Shown: positions 32,244 to 43,248, numbered from the whole stretch's first letter. The stretch is 63,353 nucleotides of DNA, filler included, from Sanchytrium tribonematis (GCA_018985235.1; 26 parts of 26 records of this genome joined end to end with filler, not necessarily neighbours in it); one strand, 5' to 3'. Notes: generated by a model from the sequence alone, not told the origin. Made by a program: numbers and translations.

Positions 32244-34616
32244 TCAAGTATCGATAAAGTAGTTGGTATGAACAAAGTCTATAGTTTTTAAAAACAATCT
32301 ATATTTGTCATAAGTAAAGTCAAATATTTCATGTAAATCAGCAAATTTGTTGGAAAGAAAAAAAGTACCAGTCATTTTCGAGTAAATATTGTCCATAACA
32401 TCAATACTCCGTGTTAGTTTTGTTGAAATTAACCTGCATCTCGATTTTAAAGGTAATAATATTGACTGTTTAAGGCACAATCCTAAACTTTCTAAATCAT
32501 GCTCGTGTGAAAATGGAATTGAACTGTCTTTAACAAGGCATTTGGCTACAAAACCAGGAGTTCCAAAAGAAGAACCATCAACCTTGTATTTTAATTTGAA
32601 AATAGAGTGGCCAAAATCTATTAACTTGAAATTCTCATATTTGGAATTTGGGTGAGAAACTAGAATGTTATTAGGAGATATGTCCCGATGATAAATGCCG
32701 ATTTCTTTTAAAAATTTGAGTGCATCAGTCATATTTAAAACATAATTAAATGAAGCGTTTTCTAGTTCTGGTAATGATTGGTAAAGATTGTCGTTGAAGG
32801 CAATTAATGGCTCGAAATATAGTTTTGTCTCAAACTTGCTCTCAGCAGCACAACTGTGATAAAATTGGCAAATGTTTTGATTTGATACCGATTTTAAATA
32901 ATTCAGAATTTGTAATTCAAATCTTCCTAGCTTTTTTTCAACTACACAATATTTTCGACCATGTGCCGTAACAGTTTTTGAAGGAGTCTTTGGTGGATCT
33001 TCTCCATCTATATTATCTTTGTTTTTCTTTCCAGTGTCAGTCATGTGCGAGCTGCGTGCATTTGAAACTCTTTGATCTTCATGAATTTTTAATATATTTT
33101 CAGATTCAAAACTCAAATCTGGCAAATCAAGCATAGACTGGTGAGCTAAATTTACAAAGTTTTTAATGAATTGCAACTTAGGAATAAGCTTGTTATAAAT
33201 TTCAATAGTGTTCAATTTCCGCTTTTTAGATACCGAAAATTTTGGTGGGCATAAATCAGGTTCCAAATTATCATTAGCATTAAGACTGAGCTCCATTTGT
33301 ACAAAGCCAAGCTCAGCTTGAGTTTCAAGGAATAAATTTGGGGTCAAGCATTCATTTGATTCTAAATCAAAGTCTAATTCCCACGACTTTGGGGCCTCAT
33401 AAATGACCTCGTACTTTAAATTACTTTGGGGCCCTAAAAGTCTGGGATAACAGACAAAAAACTGAAATTTGAGCCTGTCAGTGACACATCCAAATACTTT
33501 AAGACTCTCAATTTTTGTTAAGTAATTGCTTTCTCCATAAAATTCTTCGTAAATTCCAATATATCTGGAAATTATTGCAAGCGAGATTTCAAAAACTCTG
33601 GGAGAATCTTTATGGTCCTGTTCCATTTTTTTTTCAATCCCAGAACATGCTATGATAAACAAAGGCGGATATTCGGTACCACTTTTGCAAGGGCAAGCAA
33701 CTAAATCAATCAAACGCCTATCCCCTTGAAATACTTTAGATGCGTCATATTCCGCACCGAATCTCAGACCCTCATATTGTTTAAATAGAACTTCAAACAT
33801 TGGATAGACAACACTGATTTTTAGAGTGCTCTCTGAACCCGCTTTCTCACTAAGAGAATGATTGGTCAAAATTTGCAGCATTCGTGTATATTGGTAGCTT
33901 ATCACATCGACTTCGACAACCCTGACGAAATCCTCAATATTTAAAAGATTTGACACCAAATTGTCGTTGAAGGGGATATGGCATATTGGAATTTGAGATT
34001 CCAACTTAAAACAAAATTTTAAATAATTGAGGTGAAGGCTTGTAATGGGTAATTCCCTCGAAGCTTTATAATCTAATTTTAATTGGTGAAGATTATATGC
34101 TAAACGACATTCAAAGAGCAGTTTTACCCAATTCTCTATGATGAAAGAAACATTTGCACCGCAAAAATAAGAAAGTCTTCTTGTTCTTCTAAGTTGAGAA
34201 GAATAATGATACAAATGATTGTTTTCAGGATTTTTTGAGTCTGTCAAGTAGTAAAGTGAACAAGACAGAAATTCCAGAAATGTGAAATTTCGATAAATGT
34301 CGCGAATGGTACAGGAGTAGTTCACTAATTGTCCTTGTTCAGTCTGTTCCTCAACAATGAAGAAATGCTTTAATTCTTCAAAAAGCAACATTTCACAGTC
34401 AATTAAATTAAAATCTCGATCTCTGGCCTCTAAATTGATAGTTTTCAAGAATGGTAGCTGCAGCGTCAAAGTATCAATTAAAAACTTTATATTTGCACTG
34501 GTATTAGAAACTTGTAAAATAATGTCTTCAGGCTCTCTGCGCACGCTATAGATAGACTTTTCTTTTGAATATTTTTCCAGGCAAACAAGATAGAAGTGAG
34601 TGTTTTTGACACCCAT
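32244..34616 (-). CDS. Crinkler-like protein: N-terminal header, REase-like domain, FunK1-type protein kinase
   Basis: Kinase YHRDISPNNILV, LIDFG, GTPGFVA, HDLESLG; central SESTLKI...GAEY...RLIDLV...LFII resembles a PD-(D/E)xK fold. Confidence 0.7.
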   Translation of the reverse strand: MGVKNTHFYLVCLEKYSKEKSIYSVRREPEDIILQVSNTSANIKFLIDTLTLQLPFLKTINLEARDRDFNLIDCEMLLFEELKHFFIVEEQTEQGQLVNYSCTIRDIYRNFTFLEFLSCSLYYLTDSKNPENNHLYHYSSQLRRTRRLSYFCGANVSFIIENWVKLLFECRLAYNLHQLKLDYKASRELPITSLHLNYLKFCFKLESQIPICHIPFNDNLVSNLLNIEDFVRVVEVDVISYQYTRMLQILTNHSLSEKAGSESTLKISVVYPMFEVLFKQYEGLRFGAEYDASKVFQGDRRLIDLVACPCKSGTEYPPLFIIACSGIEKKMEQDHKDSPRVFEISLAIISRYIGIYEEFYGESNYLTKIESLKVFGCVTDRLKFQFFVCYPRLLGPQSNLKYEVIYEAPKSWELDFDLESNECLTPNLFLETQAELGFVQMELSLNANDNLEPDLCPPKFSVSKKRKLNTIEIYNKLIPKLQFIKNFVNLAHQSMLDLPDLSFESENILKIHEDQRVSNARSSHMTDTGKKNKDNIDGEDPPKTPSKTVTAHGRKYCVVEKKLGRFELQILNYLKSVSNQNICQFYHSCAAESKFETKLYFEPLIAFNDNLYQSLPELENASFNYVLNMTDALKFLKEIGIYHRDISPNNILVSHPNSKYENFKLIDFGHSIFKLKYKVDGSSFGTPGFVAKCLVKDSSIPFSHEHDLESLGLCLKQSILLPLKSRCRLISTKLTRSIDVMDNIYSKMTGTFFLSNKFADLHEIFDFTYDKYRLFLKTIDFVHTNYFIDT

Positions 34617-34969
34617 GTTTTAAGGGCTCACAGGTTGTTAAGAAAAAATATTGTATCAATAATACAGGAACAGTAATCTGCTTTGATTTTTGTTTATCAA
34701 TTAAGGGCCAACGAGAAAAAACTAAAGAATTGAATTTTTGATAATAATTAAGTTGTGTCAAATTCTAGGAAAAAGGGTGAGGCTAATTTATCGGAATATT
34801 TACAGTATATCAGTGCGTCAATATGCATTTATAAAGCAATTTACTCTAAATGAGAATCATCAATCAATTTCCGAGTCTTTTCTCTATTTTCACCTTCAAA
34901 TAAATGCATAGTTCCTCGCTTCCGAATAGAAATAGCAATTTTTCCTTTAAGCCAATGTAATGATGGTGT

Positions 34970-35647
34970 TTAGATTCTGAGTGGATTTTCGTAGCTTTTA
35001 AAAGTCACATCTGGTAGTTGAAATGGAGTAACAATCAATGGAATGTTGCTAATATTAGCATACAATTTTGAAGCATACCTAATTAAACCCTCTAGAGGAA
35101 TTACACGAGTTTGGTAACAATTTTTTTTAGATCTGATATTTTTGATGATTTCCCCCATACTAACAGGCGAATTGCAAGAAATTGTTTGTATATAATGTTG
35201 ATCACCGTCCTGGTATTCAATAAAATCTTCGTACAACTTATCCCGACGTGATGCGACCACTTTTCGTTTCTTTGAGACATTCCTTTCTTCATATTCGCGT
35301 CTTACAACTAGACAACTAAACAATAATTTAGCATCATTAAGAATAGAACTGTCAGGTAATTCAGTTTCTAATACTTCATTATCATCATTAAATCGTCTTT
35401 GTAATATAATCTCTGAATCACCAAAAATTCTTTTAATTGTCCAACTATTTTGCTTTTATAGATGCGGCATCATCAATATCATAATATAATTCTTTGAAAG
35501 ATCTTGTATCTCTTAGTTTCCACTGATTATGATCAACAGATATTTTTGCATAACTATACTGATCTTTATTTGATACTTAGTAGCGTCTATTTCTTTTAAT
35601 GGGCTTTGTTGGTTGACATTGTATTCATTACCATTTCTTTCTAACAT
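34970..35647 (-). pseudogene. Frameshifted CYTH-like paralogue 2
   Basis: Three frames joined give SFKELYYDIDD..SI/KQNSWTIKR...DFIEYQDGDQHYIQTI...LEGLIRYASKLY, matching blocks of 31285..32178. Confidence 0.6.
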
Positions 35648-36112
35648 GGGAGGAAATTTTAGTCGGGAAAACCACCCGAAAAAAGAATGCAAGTGATGAT
35701 TCTAATATTATTAATTGTATTAAGTTTGATTTGAGGTTAACAGTTTATATAAAATTCCCACATTGTGGATCTTTTATCTTGAAAATACTGAAAAAATAAA
35801 AAAAAATGGCATCAAAAAAGAGAACAGAAGATAGAAATGTGGTAGATCAGCGTACATATAAATTTGAAGGAGACGGATGATTGAGAACATTATCAGCTAT
35901 AACAAGGCGGTTCTTGGGTGTATATTTGATGGCTATGGATATTTTATCAATTGTAAAAACAAGGGTGATTTGTGACTTGTTATAAAATCTATTGCGAACA
36001 AATTGGGTAGTCACAAGTGTGTGTTTCTTGTATCTCTCTGCTAATTGTGTAGAACGGGTTGCATTGCATGTATTAGACATATTTGTGGAATCTGTTTTTT
36101 GTATCGATTGAT

Positions 36113-38236
36113 CTAATTAGGAACCAGTTTAACAACACCAATACCCTCTAATAAAGCTTTTAAATTTTCATATGAATCCACCCTGTTTAATTGAAAAACA
36201 AAATTTCCCTTTGCATTGAATCCTTGAAATTTCGAGACATTGGGATATTTGCGCTTAAGAAACGCTTTTATATTTTGTTGATCAGCGGGACTTAAATCCT
36301 TTATCACAATCTTTGGGAAGAAAATATTTTTTAAATGGGAGAATTCTAAATTATCATTCCAATTCCCTTTTATATGAACCTTTACATCGCACAGCTTTGC
36401 AAATGGCAACACCAGACCCTCATTTGTTAAAAAGTTTTCAATAATGATATATGTTTGACGCTCATCTTTTTTGTTTATAAAACTATCCAACTGACGCCTT
36501 TCTTTTGAATTTTTTGTCAAATTTGAATAAAATGACTTTGCGCAAATGAATGCATTAATATAAGTTATGTCGGATCTAATATCAGTTTCACAATGTTCAA
36601 AAAAAGAAAGACAGGCGGTACTTATTTCACTATCATTTCTTTCTGAATTGTAATTCTTCGCTTCTATTCTAAGGCAAACGTCACATTCTTTACCCATTTT
36701 TGTGCCGTTCACTTGGCAACATATATCAACATATCTCTTCTGGTCATTTGCTGGTGTATCTTGAATTATGAAGATGCTGCTTACTTTTCGTTCAAATTGA
36801 ATGTGAATATCTTTGAATTTTGTAAAAGAAATAAGCTCATCAAAGAGTTTTGGATTAATATTAATGCCACTTTTGTTTGCAATTATCTGGAATATTTGGC
36901 TTGATGGAAGTAGAAACTCAATGGCAAGTGTGACTTGAAACATGACACCAATTCCTGTTAGGGCGTTGCTTCTTATAATACCAGCTGCATCTAACAGCTG
37001 CTTGTAATTCTCAATATTTATATGGTTGGAATTGTGCTTTAAATAATCCAAAAGCCAAGGGTAGGGCATATAGAGCACGTCTCCTTTAGGATCTGTTCGA
37101 ATACGAAGCAAACCAACTCTTGACAACTTTCTGACATTTTCTGATATTGAACCTGGCGGAAACACAATTTCTTCACCAGTTTTAGTACCACTTAAACTAC
37201 GATAGAAGATCAATGCAACAATGCTGTCAAATACTGCATCTCGTGACGTCAAGCCTCCAAATTTATCATGTTCCGCCTTATATTTCTCAAAAGCACTATC
37301 TAAGGCAAATTCTAGGGATTCGTGTGGGGTGTCAAACAAGCAATATAGAAAATATTGAATATTACGCGGTCTTCCAGATAATTTCTGACAAATTTTAGTC
37401 GCTTTTATGTCTGTCACAGTTTTCTCTGTCAGAAATTTGCTCAATATAACTTCTACATTTTCATCGTTAAATCTAGGGAGAGTTGTTTCTTTGGGGATTA
37501 ATGAACTACTAAACATTAAATGCTTATTAATATCGCAATTAGTACCTGTCAAGACAACCTTGATACGTTTGTAATTGAGGGATGCAATTGTGTTGCTCAA
37601 TGCTTTTACAAATCCTGATATCCTCAAACTGCTAAATTGTTCTTTTGAAATCATATCAGTGGCATTTAATGTGGTATAATGAAGATCTCCAGCCCAATCT
37701 TGGATTTCATCAAAGTGGAGAATAATGTTACGTTCATTGTCATCTAAATAACTACCGGGGGTCAGAGGTCTTTTACTTTCGAGAAGCACATCATCCAATT
37801 GTACGTAGAATTCGTCTGGACTCATTTTTTTTATTTCTTTACTCAAATCATATAAAAGGTTATTCGAATAGACAGAAAAAACTGCCTCATACTTTCCTTT
37901 TAATAATTCCAGAGGAATCTCGTCTGGCAATATCTCGTGCAAAGTCCTTACTTTGTTGTTCAAATTTTCCAAATGATTCACATTTAATGGAACATAGTAT
38001 CCATGCCTAGAATAATGAGCTACAGCTGTTGTTTTTCCCATACCAGGATTGTCATAGATAACCTGAGCAATGTGTTTGTAATCTTCAGCCTCTGATAATG
38101 GAGTTTGCAACCATTTGGCAAAATTTTCCATTTCCTTAGTTTCAAGGTAAAATGGAATAGAATTTTCAAATGGATTTGTCTTTTGCATTTTATTAGACTT
38201 TGAGAACTGCAAAAAAGGTAAAAAGTAACCACTCAT
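36113..38236 (-). CDS. P-loop NTPase + REase-like protein (Crinkler/CR-NTPase-like)
   Basis: Walker A DNPGMGKT, Walker B ILHFDEIQ, VVLTGT, LSGRPR; C-terminal YVDICC...RIEAKNY (D..ExK). Confidence 0.72.
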   Translation of the reverse strand: MSGYFLPFLQFSKSNKMQKTNPFENSIPFYLETKEMENFAKWLQTPLSEAEDYKHIAQVIYDNPGMGKTTAVAHYSRHGYYVPLNVNHLENLNNKVRTLHEILPDEIPLELLKGKYEAVFSVYSNNLLYDLSKEIKKMSPDEFYVQLDDVLLESKRPLTPGSYLDDNERNIILHFDEIQDWAGDLHYTTLNATDMISKEQFSSLRISGFVKALSNTIASLNYKRIKVVLTGTNCDINKHLMFSSSLIPKETTLPRFNDENVEVILSKFLTEKTVTDIKATKICQKLSGRPRNIQYFLYCLFDTPHESLEFALDSAFEKYKAEHDKFGGLTSRDAVFDSIVALIFYRSLSGTKTGEEIVFPPGSISENVRKLSRVGLLRIRTDPKGDVLYMPYPWLLDYLKHNSNHINIENYKQLLDAAGIIRSNALTGIGVMFQVTLAIEFLLPSSQIFQIIANKSGININPKLFDELISFTKFKDIHIQFERKVSSIFIIQDTPANDQKRYVDICCQVNGTKMGKECDVCLRIEAKNYNSERNDSEISTACLSFFEHCETDIRSDITYINAFICAKSFYSNLTKNSKERRQLDSFINKKDERQTYIIIENFLTNEGLVLPFAKLCDVKVHIKGNWNDNLEFSHLKNIFFPKIVIKDLSPADQQNIKAFLKRKYPNVSKFQGFNAKGNFVFQLNRVDSYENLKALLEGIGVVKLVPN

Positions 38237-38329
38237 AGTGGAGGTTTCAAAATTTTCAAAATTGACGAAATGTTATTCATTTTTATTTAGTAATCATAAA
38301 ACGTCAAGCAATGCCCGCTTGATTAACAC

Positions 38330-39187
38330 TCAATAATTTTGATTTTCCTTAAAATCCTCAACTTGTGAATAGATGTCTTCCACATTCTTTGTATAAACTA
38401 TCTTTTCATCTTCACTCAAATTATTGTACACTTTATCCAAAGTAGTAAATTTATCTGGAGAAGTAATAAATCTCAACAACTTTGATCTCAATACAACAGA
38501 AGATTGATTAGTCGCACATTTAGAAATATCTAGAAAGTTATCAAATTTCCATAGTAAATGGTAAAGCTTACTATTGACTACATCATAAAAACGCTTCTTT
38601 AAAAATAGAAATAAAGCATCCTTGGAAGTGCTTTTAATAGATTGTACGGAATATCGTGTGCCATCTTTAAGAATACACGTAACAATGTCGATATGAACAT
38701 CACCATCGTCCATTTGTCTCCGAAATACAATCATTGGATAGAAACATAATTTCTTCTGTTTGACAACTGTGATTACTTTTCCAATTACAGAATTTCTATC
38801 ACAATTCTCCGAAACTGACATGCTATAACCTACAGGATCATTAGATATGATCTTTTTAACCACTACTTTAACATGAAATGTATCTTCTGACTTGTTCAAT
38901 ACGATTTTGAGAAACACTCCACTTTTCATTAAAGTATGATTTTTAGCATCAACATGAAATTCCATATATTCAGTCGTAGGTTGATTCTTTGTTTGAATAT
39001 CAAGGCCAATTGAAAATATATGCTTGGCATATGTTAAACCATCATTTAGATCATTTTTTGGATTCTTTAATTCAGTCATCTCAACTATACTCTGATGGAT
39101 AACATCCATTAGAACATTGTCTTTGTTTTTAATATAGTCAGTCACCTTGATGTCTGTATTATAATCATAAATGAAAAAAGTAGCCAT
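38330..39187 (-). CDS. Divergent CYTH-like protein, paralogue 3
   Basis: EFHVDAKNHTLMKSGVFLK, HIDIV...DGTRYSV, NSKLYHLL. Confidence 0.45.
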   Translation of the reverse strand: MATFFIYDYNTDIKVTDYIKNKDNVLMDVIHQSIVEMTELKNPKNDLNDGLTYAKHIFSIGLDIQTKNQPTTEYMEFHVDAKNHTLMKSGVFLKIVLNKSEDTFHVKVVVKKIISNDPVGYSMSVSENCDRNSVIGKVITVVKQKKLCFYPMIVFRRQMDDGDVHIDIVTCILKDGTRYSVQSIKSTSKDALFLFLKKRFYDVVNSKLYHLLWKFDNFLDISKCATNQSSVVLRSKLLRFITSPDKFTTLDKVYNNLSEDEKIVYTKNVEDIYSQVEDFKENQNY

Positions 39188-39251
39188 TCTGGCGTTTTGA
39201 TTTTATGGTGAAACTAAAACAAAATTAAAGTTTATACTATCGGAATGAAAC

Positions 39252-39680
39252 ATGATCTATATTTCTGCCTCTTTAACAAAATTGAAACAAAATAACATAA
39301 CATTTATGGATGGACGAATCGGAGAATGGGGTGATTATTTTAACGAGGATGTCAAAGATGCATTGATGTTGATTGAAATGTACAACAAAATGGATAAACT
39401 AGAAGGTACAACTATTGAAATTAAAGATAATCTTTATAAATATTCTAAACAAACTAATGAAAAGTTTCAGAAGCTTGATGTAAGCTTGGAAAAAATGGAA
39501 CAGTCTGTAGTTGATAGGGTCAATGCATTGAATGTTGCTGATAATACTGGAATAAATGATAGAATGAGTAGTTTAGAAAGGAAAATAAAAGGAATAGATG
39601 ATGAGTTGAGTGATATGCAACAGAGCATAAACACCATTCTAGAATCTTTAAATGGGAAAAATACATCTAACCAACCTTAA
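39252..39680 (+). CDS. Coiled-coil hypothetical protein, 142 aa
   Basis: Heptad-rich sequence (RMSSLERKIKGIDDELSDMQQSINTIL). Confidence 0.55.
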   Translation: MIYISASLTKLKQNNITFMDGRIGEWGDYFNEDVKDALMLIEMYNKMDKLEGTTIEIKDNLYKYSKQTNEKFQKLDVSLEKMEQSVVDRVNALNVADNTGINDRMSSLERKIKGIDDELSDMQQSINTILESLNGKNTSNQP

Positions 39681-39891
39681 GCTAATAAAACCTGGTTACT
39701 TCCCCTAGGGAATTTAAGGATTTATATACTTTGAATTCAATTCCTCATCAGGAGGGAAACTATAATCCATTTTGTAAGATTCGATGAGCTCATCCGGGAA
39801 GATGTACGCTTTTTAGTGATAAATAAAAAGTCAGAGCTCTTCTTGATTTCGATTTTCAACTTCAAACATTCTCCTTTCAATTTAAAATTCA

Positions 39892-40593
39892 ATGTCAAAT
39901 CCATACGAGATTCTACAAGTCGACAAATCCGCTTCTCAAGATGAAATTAAGAAACAATTCAGACTACTAAGTTTGCAGCACCATCCAGACAAGGGAGGAA
40001 ATGCAGAATATTACGCGTCCATCGTAAATGCATATCAAATTATAGGCGATCCAGATAAAAGACAAATGTATGACCAGTATGGAGACATTGGGCTTCCATT
40101 ACAATATATACGAAGCATAAAATTTCTTATATGCGTTGTATTATCTGTAGTTATATTAATAATTACTCAATTATTACTCTGGGATCAAGGTAACTGGTTC
40201 ATAATATTTATTCCTACATACATTATAGAATTGATGTTGTTGATTGTCATTTTAGATGGTCTATTGCATCCAAAAGTCCAAGATGATGAAGAATTAGAAA
40301 TAGAATTAGAACCAAAAGATATCAGGAAATTGAGTGGATTCTTATTATTTTTATTCTTATTAGTTTTAACTTGGCAGTTTTTAATGCTTACCAGATTAGA
40401 ATATAAGCATGGATGGTATCTAGAGTTATTGCTTATTCCTTATTGGATTATCGAATTTATAATTTATATGCGGAATGTTTTAATTTTCTTCTTATCAGAA
40501 AACAAATTTGAATATATCACCCGATTTTCTAGCATTATATTATGCAGCTGTAGAATTGCATTTGTATCCTTGTTGTGTGTGCATCAGCATGAC
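39892..40593 (+). CDS. DnaJ-domain multi-pass membrane protein, 3'-partial
   Basis: NPYEIL...HHPDKGG...AYQII.DPDKRQMYDQYG followed by several TM helices. Confidence 0.88.
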
Positions 40594-40828
40594 NNNNNNN
40601 NNNNNNNNNNNNNNNNNNNNNNNNNNNNNNNNNNNNNTTAATTAATTAANNNNNNNNNNNNNNNNNNNNNNNNNNNNNNNNNNNNNNNNNNNNCAGATCA
40701 TTGATTTGGACTTGTAATAAATTGATCTTTTCACCGATGCGACCAAATCGATCTAGCCAAAACGTGATCAAGGAGTCCGATCCCGATGGCGATATTGCAA
40801 TATATATAGCGAATGGACTCCCCCAGCA

Positions 40829-41146
40829 ATGCAGACGCTATCTAACACCGTAGAAATCTTTGATGATTTATTGCATCAATACAACTGCTTTGTGTTTGAG
40901 ACGATGGATTTCAATTGCAATCCAATTATGCCATCCGCGATTTCAGTCATCATGCAAATGGAAGAGAATTTGATGAAATATCAAAGAGACCATCACACGG
41001 AGCCAGGAATGATGAGTCAAAGCGATTTAGTCAATTTGATTGTTAAAATGCGCAATGATTTGATTTTGGAAGTACGACGACACTACGACGACTCACCATC
41101 TACCCGTCGCTTCGTAGATGCCAATTTGGAGTATTACAATCAATAA
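40829..41146 (+). CDS. Hypothetical protein (start uncertain)
   Basis: 105-aa ORF ending in AATAAA, 2 bp from a convergent stop. Confidence 0.4.
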   Translation: MQTLSNTVEIFDDLLHQYNCFVFETMDFNCNPIMPSAISVIMQMEENLMKYQRDHHTEPGMMSQSDLVNLIVKMRNDLILEVRRHYDDSPSTRRFVDANLEYYNQ

Positions 41147-41148
41147 AT

Positions 41149-41475
41149 TTACTCTTCGTAGTTTTTTAATTTTTCATACACATTTGGAACTTGCAAATTA
41201 TTTAACTTCTCCAAAACTGGCAATCCTCGTGCTACCATATCATCCATTTCTTTCAATAATTGCATTTTCTCAAGTCTGATTTTCTGTAGATGCTCTAATA
41301 ATTCTTCATCTGTCCGTTTTACATATTCACGATCTCCACCGAATTGGGTATTAATAATATCCATCAGTGTGCTTGGATAATCACTTAATTTCTGTATATC
41401 ACTGCTATCTGTTAAACAGCCTGATGTTAAAGCGGCTTGTGTGAATTTCTTTACTTCTTCTTCAAAAACACCCAT
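41149..41475 (-). CDS. Hypothetical helical protein, 108 aa
   Basis: ATG-initiated ORF tightly packed between neighbours. Confidence 0.5.
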   Translation of the reverse strand: MGVFEEEVKKFTQAALTSGCLTDSSDIQKLSDYPSTLMDIINTQFGGDREYVKRTDEELLEHLQKIRLEKMQLLKEMDDMVARGLPVLEKLNNLQVPNVYEKLKNYEE

Positions 41476-41497
41476 CTGGTTTCAAAAATTATCAAAT

Positions 41498-41871
41498 TTA
41501 TTCCATTTGTTGGGTTTTTGAATCATTTTCATGGTGTTCCGTTGGATGCTCTCTTCTCATATTGCCCAACAATGTCAAAATACCCACCATAAATCCCATT
41601 CCAACAATCCACAATAAATAATTCATATTTTCACTATTAATTTGCACTATAATATTGAAAATAGCAATTAAAATCAAACTATATCCAATAGTCCAATGTA
41701 ATTTGTCTCTCATTGGCACATATTTACGAGTCGGGTTGTATTTTTTATCAATATAAAATCCCAAACCAATTTGACAAATCATCAATATTAAACTGAGTAC
41801 TCCAAATAAGACATGCACGATATTATTTGTATTCATATTACTAAAATCAAATATGCCGACAAGTCCTCTAT
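41498..41871 (-). CDS. Cytochrome b561-like membrane domain, 5'-partial
   Basis: HVLFG...QIGLG...RDKLHWTIG: His residues at the starts of TM helices. Confidence 0.65.
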
Positions 41872-41971
41872 NNNNNNNNNNNNNNNNNNNNNNNNNNNNN
41901 NNNNNNNNNNNNNNNTTAATTAATTAANNNNNNNNNNNNNNNNNNNNNNNNNNNNNNNNNNNNNNNNNNNN

Positions 41972-42943
41972 TGGTAATAATGGGGCATATGGCTCATATA
42001 AATGCTCTTTGGTGTAATCTACTGGAATTGGAAATGCACTGGTTAATGTACTGAATATACTCTTGATGGTGTATCCAGAGACACTTTTGACATTTGGGAC
42101 ATGTACAGATCTATTGGATGTCAATAATGCTCTGATTTTAGGTGTTAAATCGGGAATGGGTTGACCCTTTGGAAAAGAACGAATGGCAAATTCAGAAGAT
42201 TGATTGAATGGAATCATATCTTCTCTGGCTGTTTCCATAAATAGCAAGACGACATTGTTGAAAATGCCATCTGGCATGCGTTTAAAGGAATGTTGGAAAT
42301 TATGATTTAAATGGACTATTTGACTCATATGGGTGGATAAATGATGAAATAATGCAATAAACATGTAATATTTGCTATCAATTGCATCACATCTGTAAAT
42401 AGTGTCAAATTGAGTTGAATTTGCAAAAATGTATGGAATGCAAAACACTGTCAGATAAAATACCAATAAATATTTCCAAGCAACATTTGAAGATGGCGGG
42501 GCATCATCTAGACTCTTGTATTCGTATTCTCTACTTCCCTTTCTCAATGAAAAAAATGAAATCACAAATAAAATGGTGTAAAATGCAAAGAAAAAGACTA
42601 GATTCTTTGCACCATCTCCACCAATACGCTGGAATGTGTTGTAATTGTCTATAAATTCATCAGCCAAGTCCCAACTAATATATTTACCAGTTTCATGCAT
42701 GTAGATCCACTCTGATCCATTGACAAAGATATCCCATAAAATAAAGATGCCAAATATGGGAGAAACCATGAGTAATGACACAAATACAAGTAAATATGCG
42801 ATATCTAGAGTGAAAATGGCTTGAATGAATAAATTTGGTAGTTTTTGCCAATAGATCAATGCTGCTTTCGACATGAGAATGTTGGAAATGGCAGTGATGA
42901 TGAGTGCTTTTTGCAGAGTTGTGAGGGAAGACACTGTCCACAT
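41972..42943 (-). CDS. Membrane-anchored sulfatase/LTA-synthase-family protein, N-terminal part
   Basis: Several TM helices, then NVVLLFMET, SGYTIKS; overlaps contig 60953-62103 almost identically. Confidence 0.75.
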
Positions 42944-43248
42944 TTAATGTTTAAGGGGCTAAACACAATTTTGAACATTTGCGCAATCAAATCAAACCAA
43001 TCACTGCATTCGTACGAGACTTGAAATTAAATAATCACCAATCGCAATAAAATGATCAATTTCGAATCAACAACTGATTTATTTACAATATTTTACATGA
43101 TTTAAAGAGTCCATCTTAATAAAATACAAGGTTGTTTTGTTGGTTTTGNNNNNNNNNNNNNNNNNNNNNNNNNNNNNNNNNNNNNNNNNNNNTTAATTAA
43201 TTAANNNNNNNNNNNNNNNNNNNNNNNNNNNNNNNNNNNNNNNNNNNN

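Noticed and set aside
35559..35576. Possible 18-nt GT-AG intron (minus strand) in the CYTH-like pseudogene
   Set aside because: Its length is a multiple of three, so it does not repair the frameshift, and it lacks the ATTTAG end.
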